Shown: positions 1-6,734 of the stretch, one piece after another
Numbering within the stretch: the stretch's first letter is position 1
How the letters are laid out: every line of letters starts with the position of its first letter
DNA from: a virus
Direction: 5' to 3' (one strand)
DNA: 31,581 nucleotides
Virus genome (UHGV): UHGV-1546770
Notes under the pieces: generated by a model
Seen by the model: only the letters and a program-made list of their open reading frames with translations
Databases searched by the model: none
Told to the model about the DNA's origin: nothing
Program-made: the position numbers and the translations under genes

Positions 1-1
1 G

Positions 2-86
2 TGGGACAGGGGGTCGGATTCGAACCGACGTGAGCAAAGCTGGCGGCTTACAAAACCGCTCCAATCGACCACTATGGGACTCCTGC
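2..86 (-). tRNA. tRNA-like gene, type-II-like body (13-nt variable arm), anticodon loop UUUGUAA (UGU), encoded CCA
   Basis: Hand fold of minus strand: acceptor GCAGGAG/CCCCTGT (6 of 7 pairs), D-arm CCA-TAGTGGTCGAT-TGG, anticodon stem GCGGT/GCCGC, T-arm GTCGG-TTCGAAT-CCGAC, discriminator C plus CCA. Confidence 0.5.
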
Positions 87-164
87 AGATCTCTGTGTCT
101 TTCCACAGCGCCAGCTATGCTTTGTTTGGTGGCGGCGCGCGACGTGCATAGCATCCACATTTTT

Positions 165-235
165 CTAACGCAACTTGAATCGAACAAGTATCTCCCTCTG
201 ATAGTGAGGGCGCTTTCCCATTAAGCTATACGATA
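165..235 (-). tRNA. degenerate tRNA-like gene, anticodon loop ACUAUCA (C at position 33)
   Basis: Hand fold: acceptor TATCGTA/TGCGTTA (one T-T mismatch), D-arm GCTT-AATGGGA-AAGC, anticodon stem CCCTC/GAGGG, perfect T-arm ACTTG-TTCGATT-CAAGT; no CCA. Confidence 0.35.
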
Positions 236-292
236 ATATAATTTTAAACACTGGCAGGGCGGCGTATCCTGCATCTCAGATTCCCTATAAGA

Positions 293-350
293 GGAGCGTC
301 GGGAGCCTTTCCGACCTCAGTGTTTCATTTATGTTTCAACAACCGCTGAT
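293..350 (-). pseudogene. tRNA pseudogene fragment related to the 2-86 tRNA-like gene
   Basis: Minus strand AGCGGTTGTTGAAA...GTCGG-AAAGGCTC-CCGAC resembles the anticodon and T-arm of the 2-86 gene (same GTCGG/CCGAC stem) but the T-loop is degenerate and no acceptor pairing is found. Confidence 0.25.
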
Positions 351-481
351 GATTAGTAGCGATAAGCATTTATGCTTTGCTTAAAGCAGTTTCTGAGGAA
401 TTATATGAAAAAAATGCATCAAGTCGCTAATTTATATGCCGCCACACGACAGGTCGGCAATCTTTGTTGTTGACTTTAATT

Positions 482-572
482 TGGTCCCCCCGGAATGGAT
501 CGAACATTCATATACCTTGTGAGGGCCTCTCCGTTATAAGCAGAGGGCTATAACCAATTTAGCTACGAGGGG
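482..572 (-). tRNA. tRNA-like gene with ~19-nt variable region, anticodon loop CUUAUAA (UAU), encoded CCA
   Basis: Hand fold: acceptor CCCCTCG/CGGGGGG (7 pairs incl. one G-U), D-arm GCTA-AATTGGTTA-TAGC, anticodon stem CTCTG/CGGAG, T-arm GAATG-TTCGATC-CATTC, discriminator A plus CCA. Confidence 0.5.
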
Positions 573-760
573 AGATATTAATTTGCCGTCTTTCCGAGCT
601 GTCACCGTTTCTGCCGATTTGTAGGGTTCGTTCGAACAGTTTAAGCAACTTATCCCTTGGTAATGATAGCAAGCGAGGCCGCGTATGACCCCTAACAGAC
701 TTAAAAGTTACTGGTTCTATCTTCACTCAAATCTGACATTGTACGCTACTCACTATCATT

Positions 761-843
761 TGGTGGGCAGGGTGGGTGTCGAGCCCACTACCCCGAAGGA
801 ACGGATTTACAGTCCGCCGCGTTTGCCGATTCGCTACCTGCCC
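761..843 (-). tRNA. tRNA-Tyr (anticodon GTA), type II, encoded CCA
   Basis: Hand fold: perfect 7-bp acceptor GGGCAGG/CCTGCCC, D-arm GCG-AATCGGCAAA-CGC, anticodon loop CUGUAAA, 12-nt variable arm with CC-TTCG-GG hairpin, T-arm GTGGG-CTCGACA-CCCAC (C at position 54). Confidence 0.7.
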
Positions 844-854
844 ATATTTATTTG

Positions 855-930
855 GTTGCTGAAGCTCTGGAATTGAACCAGATTAAAACGACTTATGAGG
901 CCGCTTGAGATACCTACCTCCCACCAGCAA
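855..930 (-). tRNA. tRNA-like gene with Met/Ile2-type anticodon loop CUCAUAA (CAT); acceptor stem imperfect
   Basis: Canonical core GCGGC-CUCAUAA-GTCGT, 5-nt variable loop, T-arm TCTGG-TTCAATT-CCAGA; no clean 7-bp acceptor pairing found by hand, so possibly a pseudogene or a misfold. Confidence 0.4.
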
Positions 931-983
931 TATGTTGCAACTTTAGTATTTTATATAGGTCGTACAGTTGCCACAAAGACCTG

Positions 984-1060
984 TGGTACGCCACCTCGAA
1001 TTCGAATCGAGACTTGATGCATTTTGAGTGCATTTCCTCTGCCAATTGGGATAGTGGCGC
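984..1060 (-). tRNA. tRNA with anticodon CAA (Leu by anticodon) but type-I body with 5-nt variable loop, encoded CCA
   Basis: Hand fold: acceptor GCGCCAC/GTGGCGT (7 pairs incl. G-U), anticodon arm ATGCA-CTCAAAA-TGCAT, T-arm CTCGA-TTCGAAT-TCGAG, discriminator A plus CCA. Confidence 0.6.
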
Positions 1061-1071
1061 ATATTAAAGAA

Positions 1072-1145
1072 TGAAAACGATAAGACTTGAACCAATGTCT
1101 TCCTCGTTCGTAGCGAGGCACTCTATACAACTGAGTGACGCTTGC
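1072..1145 (-). tRNA. tRNA-Arg (anticodon ACG), partly degenerate
   Basis: Anticodon arm CCTCG-CTACGAA-CGAGG matches the canonical Arg-ACG loop; D-arm ACTC-AGTTGTATA-GAGT; T-arm ATTGG-TTCAAGT-CTTAT (one mismatch); acceptor GCAAGCG/CGTTTTC (one mismatch); no CCA. Confidence 0.5.
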
Positions 1146-1203
1146 ATATTTGACTCTTAGGTCAGTCAGCCACACATTACTTAACGCATTCCATTTGTTC
1201 GCG

Positions 1204-1290
1204 TGGTGCAGGTGAAGGGCCACGATCCCTCAATCCCATCTGGGCGACAGATTTTAAGTCTGTTCTGTATTCCAATTCCAGCACACCTGC
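1204..1290 (-). tRNA. tRNA-Leu (anticodon TAA), type II, encoded CCA
   Basis: Hand fold: perfect acceptor GCAGGTG/CACCTGC, D-arm CTG-GAATTGGAATA-CAG, anticodon arm ACAGA-CTTAAAA-TCTGT, 15-nt variable arm, T-arm GAGGG-ATCGTGG-CCCTT, discriminator A plus CCA. Confidence 0.65.
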
Positions 1291-1771
1291 ATATCAATGG
1301 GCAGTTTTCAGAGATACCCAGCTCTGCCAGTACTCAAAATTCTATCTATCTCACACATTAACCTATTTTCACATAAGGATGGCTACCATTCAGCCTTGTG
1401 GATAACCTATGGTCATTGAACTTGAAACCAAACCATTGCTCAAGGATTTTGTAAAACTTTGTGGGCACACAATTTTAATTAACAATTATCTAAAAGCCCT
1501 CTTTACAACTTTAAGACTTAAACTTTGACGAAAAAATAATCTTTGAGCATTGATCTCTGAACATTGATATTTAAACTTTAATCTTTACAGTTGAAAAATA
1601 TATGTACATCTTAATTTTAAGTCAATCCATATATTAACTTTCTTACTATATTATTAGCATTAGTAAAAATATTGTTGAAGACCAATTTTTTTATTATTTC
1701 ACATCAATGTATCGGTCAAAACCATCGAAGCAAGTCCGTTCTAGGTTTTCGAATGGCAGCAAGTTAGCTGC

Positions 1772-2428
1772 TTAATACTCGATATCAAGCACAGTTAGTG
1801 CGTTACTAACCGAAAGCGCCGCATCAACTTCAGTAATGAAACTAGAAATCTCATTGTCAAGCTGTTCAATGGCATCCTTGACACCAATAGGATCAATGAT
1901 GTCATAAGTGTTGTCCTTGATGTACTGAGCACGAAGATTCTTCATCGCTTCCGAATCAACAGCCATCTTAGAATCCTTCGGCTGTGCCTGAATGACACTA
2001 AGAACATAATTCTCTGCTCTCTTCTCAAGAGGATCACCACTGTTCTTATCAAGCTCATTCTTTGCTACAGCATACTGAGATTCAAGACACTTCTTAAATG
2101 TGTTCTTGAACTCCATCCCATGGTTCTTCATCTCAATTGCGGTAGCAACTGTGTATTCGTTGTCACCAACCTTAACCTTCGTTACTGCATTAGATGCAAC
2201 AACCGCCTTCTTGATTGCATTACGTCTTGCAATCAGATCAGACACCTTCTGGAAATCTGACTTCATGCTGTTCTTAAACTCATTAATGGTCACTCCATGA
2301 ATCTTCTCATTAGAATGCTTATTCGCAACTACAAACGTACCAGAACAAATCGCATTATTGATACGTGAATCAATAACCTTAAGTTCTGCAAGAGCCTTGT
2401 GGACTGTCATCTGTTCCTTCGTTGCCAT
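1772..2428 (-). CDS. hypothetical protein (218 aa)
   Basis: Intact minus-strand ORF; AAAAGGAG RBS before the ATG; last gene before the tRNA array; no recognisable motif. Confidence 0.6.
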   Translation of the reverse strand: MATKEQMTVHKALAELKVIDSRINNAICSGTFVVANKHSNEKIHGVTINEFKNSMKSDFQKVSDLIARRNAIKKAVVASNAVTKVKVGDNEYTVATAIEMKNHGMEFKNTFKKCLESQYAVAKNELDKNSGDPLEKRAENYVLSVIQAQPKDSKMAVDSEAMKNLRAQYIKDNTYDIIDPIGVKDAIEQLDNEISSFITEVDAALSVSNALTVLDIEY

Positions 2429-2602
2429 AATTCATAATCTCCTTTTAGTGATTTTTAATTATTAACTATAATTATGTACTATCTAGCGTGTTTACATATT
2501 ACCACATTACTTGTCATATGTCAAGTCCATCTTGTGGTTTTTCTTTTTATGTATTCAAGCGGCTCAATCAATCAAGTTGGCTCTCTCTTGACTACATTCT
2601 GA

Positions 2603-2631
2603 ATTATACCACAATAATTTCGTATTGTCAA
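2603..2631 (-). promoter_or_regulatory. sigma70-type promoter, exact consensus TTGACA-N17-TATAAT
   Basis: Minus strand TTGACA atacgaaattattgtgg TATAAT; the -35 hexamer overlaps the TGA stop of the upstream gene. Confidence 0.6.
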
Positions 2632-2972
2632 GGGGTATTTTCAAGAATTTCTACTGGAGTTTCAAATACACGACTGTTTAGTGCAATCAGATCTGCTCTA
2701 AACATATCAATTCGCTTATCAAAAGCACTATAATACTTCTTCATAAGCTTTTCCTTTGCAAGCATCTTACCCTTCTCCTCGTCGTACACATCACCTTTCG
2801 CAAGCTTGACCTTGACCTTAAACTGCTTAGGCATCATGTACTTCTCACGAATCATATAACAGTCAAACTCATTGAGAAACTTATCAATCTTATTAATTGC
2901 ATCAAGCTCAGTTCCTCTTAGAACAGCGAACGTTTCCTTCGTGTTTGGGTTGCTATAATACTGAATAGCCAT
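2628..2972 (-). CDS. hypothetical protein (114 aa)
   Basis: Intact ORF in the co-directional series; preceded by tandem promoters at 3032-3060 and 3114-3142. Confidence 0.6.
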   Translation of the reverse strand: MAIQYYSNPNTKETFAVLRGTELDAINKIDKFLNEFDCYMIREKYMMPKQFKVKVKLAKGDVYDEEKGKMLAKEKLMKKYYSAFDKRIDMFRADLIALNSRVFETPVEILENTP

Positions 2973-3031
2973 TTTTTCTTTTGTCCTTTCTTTTTTAAAT
3001 AATTTTTTATTGTCTTTTGACTTATGCTTGA

Positions 3032-3060
3032 ATTATACCATATGTTTTTCTGTTTGTCAA
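3032..3060 (-). promoter_or_regulatory. sigma70-type promoter, exact consensus TTGACA-N17-TATAAT
   Basis: Minus strand TTGACA aacagaaaaacatatgg TATAAT; tandem with the 3114-3142 promoter. Confidence 0.6.
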
Positions 3061-3113
3061 TATCTTTTTTCGTTTTTTTGAATCACATATTGACTTCTTT
3101 CAACTATGCTTGG

Positions 3114-3142
3114 ATTATATCACAATAATTTCTGTTTGTCAA
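3114..3142 (-). promoter_or_regulatory. sigma70-type promoter, exact consensus with TGn extended -10
   Basis: Minus strand TTGACA aacagaaattattgtga TATAAT; -35 overlaps the TGA stop of the 3139-3669 gene. Confidence 0.6.
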
Positions 3143-3669
3143 GTGGCACTTTTTAAATATGCCCTACTATTCGCAAGTAATCCAAGTAATTTTACGGCTG
3201 TATTACAAATACAATCTCCATCTTGCCACCACATACACTTCTCCTCTGAACACATCAACGTTTTTGACGACGTTGCAGTATCAGAAAGACAATAGCATAG
3301 TGGACAGTATTTTTTATCTTCCATGTCCGTCACCTCACATAAAAAATCAAAACTATCCATGAACTCATTATATTGTTCTACACAGCGCTCAAGACATGGA
3401 AAGTTATTAACTTCTTTCTTATATTGTTTTCCATAAAACTGCATATATGGCTGTCCAAACTCTTCATCAAGCACTAGCACATTATCAAAGTCATTCCAGT
3501 CAGAGATATCGTTTTTAAAGCAAATACTTACACTCAGCGCATGGTCAATACTCTTTGTTACATACCACGCCGCATCATGATTAATCCAGCTTCCGCCTTC
3601 TCTAAAATGTGCTTCAATAAGCTGCTCTTTAGTTGGCACATACTTAAGTTTATAGCTTTTTGCTTTCAT
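3139..3669 (-). CDS. hypothetical Cys-rich protein (176 aa)
   Basis: Intact ORF; start ATG overlaps the stop of the upstream ORF; C-terminal CPLCYC and CMWWQDGDCIC motifs. Confidence 0.6.
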   Translation of the reverse strand: MKAKSYKLKYVPTKEQLIEAHFREGGSWINHDAAWYVTKSIDHALSVSICFKNDISDWNDFDNVLVLDEEFGQPYMQFYGKQYKKEVNNFPCLERCVEQYNEFMDSFDFLCEVTDMEDKKYCPLCYCLSDTATSSKTLMCSEEKCMWWQDGDCICNTAVKLLGLLANSRAYLKSAT

Positions 3670-3893
3670 TATTTCACCTCATCCATCTTCGCGCCACAGT
3701 TGTGGCAGTAATTATGCGTATATTCTTGAGGGCATCCGCAATCGTTGCACCTATACTTCCACGACAGCCATGTTGCGATTTGATTTATTGCGTTCCAATT
3801 TCGGCGGCTGTTTGAGCCAATCCTCAACACCGTGTAAACATTTATTGAAACATTTCGGTGATTCGCACTCATTGATTTCTGCACAGCACTCAC
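3669..3893 (-). CDS. hypothetical zinc-ribbon protein (start uncertain)
   Basis: C-terminal CNDCGC...CHNCG motif; stop overlaps the start of 3139-3669; no RBS seen before either candidate start; overlaps 3751-4080 in another frame. Confidence 0.3.
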   Translation of the reverse strand: MSAVQKSMSANHRNVSINVYTVLRIGSNSRRNWNAINQIATWLSWKYRCNDCGCPQEYTHNYCHNCGAKMDEVK

Positions 3894-4080
3894 AAACAGT
3901 GGTCATTGATGCAATCCATGCAGCTAATTCCTCATCGCTCATCGCCCGGATGTGGTCGGCGTTGGTTCGCTTTTTCCTCCGGTACTCGCAAAAAGAAGCT
4001 GTGCATTCTCCTCTGATAAAATAAGTGCAATTTGTTTCTGCTTCTTCTGGTGTTCCAGCACCACATGTGTACTTAATCAC
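3751..4080 (-). CDS. hypothetical Cys-rich protein (109 aa)
   Basis: GTG start preceded by AAGGAG; multiple Cys (CECCAEINECESPKC). Confidence 0.45.
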   Translation of the reverse strand: MIKYTCGAGTPEEAETNCTYFIRGECTASFCEYRRKKRTNADHIRAMSDEELAAWIASMTTVCECCAEINECESPKCFNKCLHGVEDWLKQPPKLERNKSNRNMAVVEV

Positions 4081-4312
4081 TTGTACGCTCCTTAATAAAT
4101 TTTTCCCTGATTGCTTCTTTCTCTGGGTCTTCGTATGATGTCTGCCAATACGCTTGCAGCCATTGGATATGCCTTATTTCTTCGTCAGATAGCAAGTACA
4201 GATGATCCAAAACAACCTGTCTGCGCTTGTATCGGTCTGGATGGGCGTTCCCTGCATAGATGCACTGGCAGCTTTCATACTCACAGATTGGACACTTAGC
4301 CATTGTCAGCAC
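4073..4312 (-). CDS. hypothetical zinc-ribbon protein (79 aa)
   Basis: N-terminal CPICEYESCQC motif; intact ORF in series. Confidence 0.5.
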   Translation of the reverse strand: MLTMAKCPICEYESCQCIYAGNAHPDRYKRRQVVLDHLYLLSDEEIRHIQWLQAYWQTSYEDPEKEAIREKFIKERTSD

Positions 4313-4562
4313 CTTCTTTCCGTTCTCCGTATGAGCAGAAATCGTTGTCCTCAGTCCAGTTAAATGACAGTCTCATAGGGCAAGGCGGCTTGTTATGGTA
4401 CTTGCACTCCCGACATCTGACCACTTCCACGGCATCCTTTTCCAATAGCAATGCCGCTTTTCCATAAACGGAATGCTCATATACTCCCGGTGTAAAATCA
4501 GCATCGTGAATCATTTTTAATGCCGTTGCTACCGTCCGTCTATCGGCATCAATCGGCCGCAT
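4296..4562 (-). CDS. hypothetical protein (88 aa)
   Basis: Intact ORF; CRECKYHNKPPCP motif; short overlap with neighbours. Confidence 0.55.
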   Translation of the reverse strand: MRPIDADRRTVATALKMIHDADFTPGVYEHSVYGKAALLLEKDAVEVVRCRECKYHNKPPCPMRLSFNWTEDNDFCSYGERKEGADNG

Positions 4563-4818
4563 CTATAATCTCCTCCAAACCTGCAATATGTTCAATCATC
4601 ATTTCTTTCGCAAACAATTCTCCTTTATGCAAGCATTCTCTCGCTTGAATAGATGCATCGACCAATTCATCAATAAGCTGCTTTAGGTTATTCGCATCAC
4701 TATACCCGTCATAATCGAAACCGATGTCCCATATAAATTGTAACCATTCATCTACACAATTTGGCTCACACATTTTACATCCTGTCTGTTCATCAATCCA
4801 ATATTTCATTTTATTCAC
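4549..4818 (-). CDS. hypothetical protein (89 aa)
   Basis: Intact ORF; CKMCEPNC motif. Confidence 0.55.
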   Translation of the reverse strand: MNKMKYWIDEQTGCKMCEPNCVDEWLQFIWDIGFDYDGYSDANNLKQLIDELVDASIQARECLHKGELFAKEMMIEHIAGLEEIIDAAD

Positions 4819-4834
4819 TCAAAATCCTTAGTTA

Positions 4835-5167
4835 TTATTTATCCTCTAACACCCAAATGTCACCGCGCTGCTCTACAATTTTATAATTCTCAACAACCTC
4901 GTTATAAGACACAGAATCATCAATAATACATTCGTATCGGTATTCACCGGTTTTAACAATACATGTTAAAATTCCACAAGTAACCATAATGGATAAACCA
5001 ATAATAAGAGAAGATGTAGTTGCCCAAACAGGCCCATCAAGGATCATAGACACAGCAAATACAATTAATCCAGTAACAAATATTATGAATGCCAATACTG
5101 ATACCCACGTGGGCAAACCAGTAACAGCCGTTTTATTTAATATAGTTATCCCTTCTACCATTCTCAT
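4835..5167 (-). CDS. hypothetical membrane protein (110 aa)
   Basis: Two hydrophobic stretches (VSVLAFIIFVTGLIVFAV, LIIGLSIMVTCGILTCIV) consistent with transmembrane helices. Confidence 0.6.
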   Translation of the reverse strand: MRMVEGITILNKTAVTGLPTWVSVLAFIIFVTGLIVFAVSMILDGPVWATTSSLIIGLSIMVTCGILTCIVKTGEYRYECIIDDSVSYNEVVENYKIVEQRGDIWVLEDK

Positions 5168-5397
5168 TCCTCCACAAAATATTGAATATACAATTGAATT
5201 ACATCACCTTCTGCCTCAATTCTCTCAGCTTCTTCAATTAATCCTTGCGCTTCCCAATATTTTTCCTGTTTAAATTTTTCTAACTGTTCACGAGTTGCTA
5301 ATTCTATTTCAGGATACTTCCTAAAGAGGTCAAGCAAATCTTCTTTTTGCCACCATGTGAGATTCGTAGATTCCATTTCTTTTCTAGTCATTACCAT
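5164..5397 (-). CDS. hypothetical protein (77 aa)
   Basis: 4-nt start/stop overlap with downstream gene; charged helical composition. Confidence 0.55.
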   Translation of the reverse strand: MVMTRKEMESTNLTWWQKEDLLDLFRKYPEIELATREQLEKFKQEKYWEAQGLIEEAERIEAEGDVIQLYIQYFVEE

Positions 5398-5687
5398 AAA
5401 TCCTCCGAATATAATTCACAGACAATCCTCTCTGCTAAATCATCGCATGCCGAACGCGCCACACTCCAATTCATTGCCTTTCTATGACAATCTTCGCAAT
5501 GATAATAAAAATTATCCGTATCGTCATATCGACAGCTATCACAATAAATATCATCGAATGCTTTATAAATAAGGTTGCTTATTGCCTCTTTATTCTTTTC
5601 AAGTTTTTTGACTGGTACTACTCTAACATATGAAGGACAACTATCGTCACAAAGAGCACAATGTCTACCATCTTCACATATCATCAT
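5391..5687 (-). CDS. hypothetical Cys-rich protein (98 aa)
   Basis: CALCDDSCP, CDSCRYDD and CEDCHRK motifs. Confidence 0.55.
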   Translation of the reverse strand: MMICEDGRHCALCDDSCPSYVRVVPVKKLEKNKEAISNLIYKAFDDIYCDSCRYDDTDNFYYHCEDCHRKAMNWSVARSACDDLAERIVCELYSEDLW

Positions 5688-5692
5688 TTTTA

Positions 5693-5950
5693 TTATTCTC
5701 CTTTTATCTCATATTTTTCTATTAGTTCGTTTAATTTACTTAAGCCATTCTTAGAAATTAAATCGTTTTCATAAAGGAAATCACATAATGCTTCAAGTTC
5801 AGAGACAGGGATGACCTCTATTGTAGGAAATTTATCAAGAAACGCTTTCTGCTTGAGGCAGTATTCTCTGATAACAGCAACATTCATATTTTCATTATCT
5901 TTATCAAATATGATTACTTGATTTACCACATCAGTATCAATTGGTCTCAT
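5693..5950 (-). CDS. hypothetical protein (85 aa)
   Basis: Intact ORF in series. Confidence 0.55.
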   Translation of the reverse strand: MRPIDTDVVNQVIIFDKDNENMNVAVIREYCLKQKAFLDKFPTIEVIPVSELEALCDFLYENDLISKNGLSKLNELIEKYEIKGE

Positions 5951-5965
5951 TTTATTTAGCCCTCC

Positions 5966-6235
5966 TCAAATCTTTCTCCCCAAACAATCAACTTCAACAA
6001 CATCATTGTCGAGCACATCTGTTTCATAAAGCATCTCTTCTAGCGCATGAAGCTCATCAAAATAATATGCAAGTTTCTTCTTTAGGTTTTCTATAGCTTC
6101 TTCTTTTGTTTCGCCATATCCATAAATATTTGTTAAGTCAAAATTATGATATCTATCAGCATCATTAAATAAATAACAAGTATGTGACTGAGACTTTTCC
6201 TTTCCATCATTATGATGTGCGATTTTCATTAACAT
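5966..6235 (-). CDS. hypothetical protein (89 aa; start trimmed from track ORF 5966-6298)
   Basis: Internal ATG at 6233-6235 preceded by AAAGGAG at about 6 nt; the longer track ORF would overlap 6210-6410 by 89 nt. Confidence 0.5.
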   Translation of the reverse strand: MLMKIAHHNDGKEKSQSHTCYLFNDADRYHNFDLTNIYGYGETKEEAIENLKKKLAYYFDELHALEEMLYETDVLDNDVVEVDCLGRKI

Positions 6236-6410
6236 AATTTGCTCCTTTCGGATCGTACATGTCACAAGCACCTGTGTCCTCATAACACAAATGCCCAACT
6301 ATAAAAGTCATCCCCATTTCTTTTTCTTTAGGAGTTGGATGTGGGATATCACAGCATAAATTCCAATCTCCACAACCAATATAATGCTTGCATGTCCCGC
6401 ATTTATCCAT
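6210..6410 (-). CDS. hypothetical zinc-ribbon protein (66 aa)
   Basis: CGTCKHYIGCGDWNLCC motif; downstream of promoter at 6535-6562. Confidence 0.45.
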   Translation of the reverse strand: MDKCGTCKHYIGCGDWNLCCDIPHPTPKEKEMGMTFIVGHLCYEDTGACDMYDPKGANYVNENRTS

Positions 6411-6534
6411 TTATCTTACGCCTCTTTCGTAAAAAATAGATACATATAAGCCAATCCTTATATTCATTTGACATTTGTTGATTGCTCCTTTATAAATTTG
6501 TTGCCTTAATGTACTATAATTTTATACTGTAGCC

Positions 6535-6562
6535 AGTATATCATATATCTGCTATTTGTCAA
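6535..6562 (-). promoter_or_regulatory. sigma70-type promoter (TTGACA-N16-TATACT)
   Basis: Minus strand TTGACA aatagcagatatatga TATACT in the 6411-6734 intergenic region. Confidence 0.4.
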
Positions 6563-6607
6563 TATGGCAAATTGTACAAAACTGTAGTTTATATTTTGCA
6601 ATTTTTA

Positions 6608-6643
6608 TATAAAAAAATAACTCCCACTATATAAGTGGGAGTT
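6608..6643 (-). terminator. putative intrinsic terminator
   Basis: Hairpin AACTCCCAC-tatataa-GTGGGAGTT followed on the minus strand by a T-run (complement of A7 at about 6611-6617); downstream of the helicase gene. Confidence 0.5.
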
Positions 6644-6734
6644 TATGTATAATTAAATCAATACATTGCTAAATATTATTTAATTAATACTATCAATCTT
6701 AAGACTATATCCAAGGATCTCACCTTTGTTGGCT

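Noticed and set aside
1-90. tmRNA or rRNA fragment at the window edges
   Set aside because: The left edge folds as a tRNA-like cloverleaf ending in CCA with no tmRNA-type 5-prime partner; the right edge shows no recognisable 16S, 23S or 5S signature by eye.
30-876. Plus-strand ORFs 30-224 and 685-876
   Set aside because: Both overlap tRNA or tRNA-like genes on the opposite strand, have no RBS, and give low-complexity translations.
951-1223. Minus-strand ORF of 90 aa (GTG start)
   Set aside because: It lies entirely within the tRNA array and spans the hand-folded CAA and Arg-ACG tRNAs; its reading frame is most likely a by-product of GC-rich RNA genes.
1741-1760. Plus-strand TTCGAAT T-loop-like sequence (GGTTTTCGAATGG)
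   Set aside because: No flanking stem or acceptor pairing; it is adjacent to a small hairpin just after the stop of the 1772-2428 gene and is probably coincidental.
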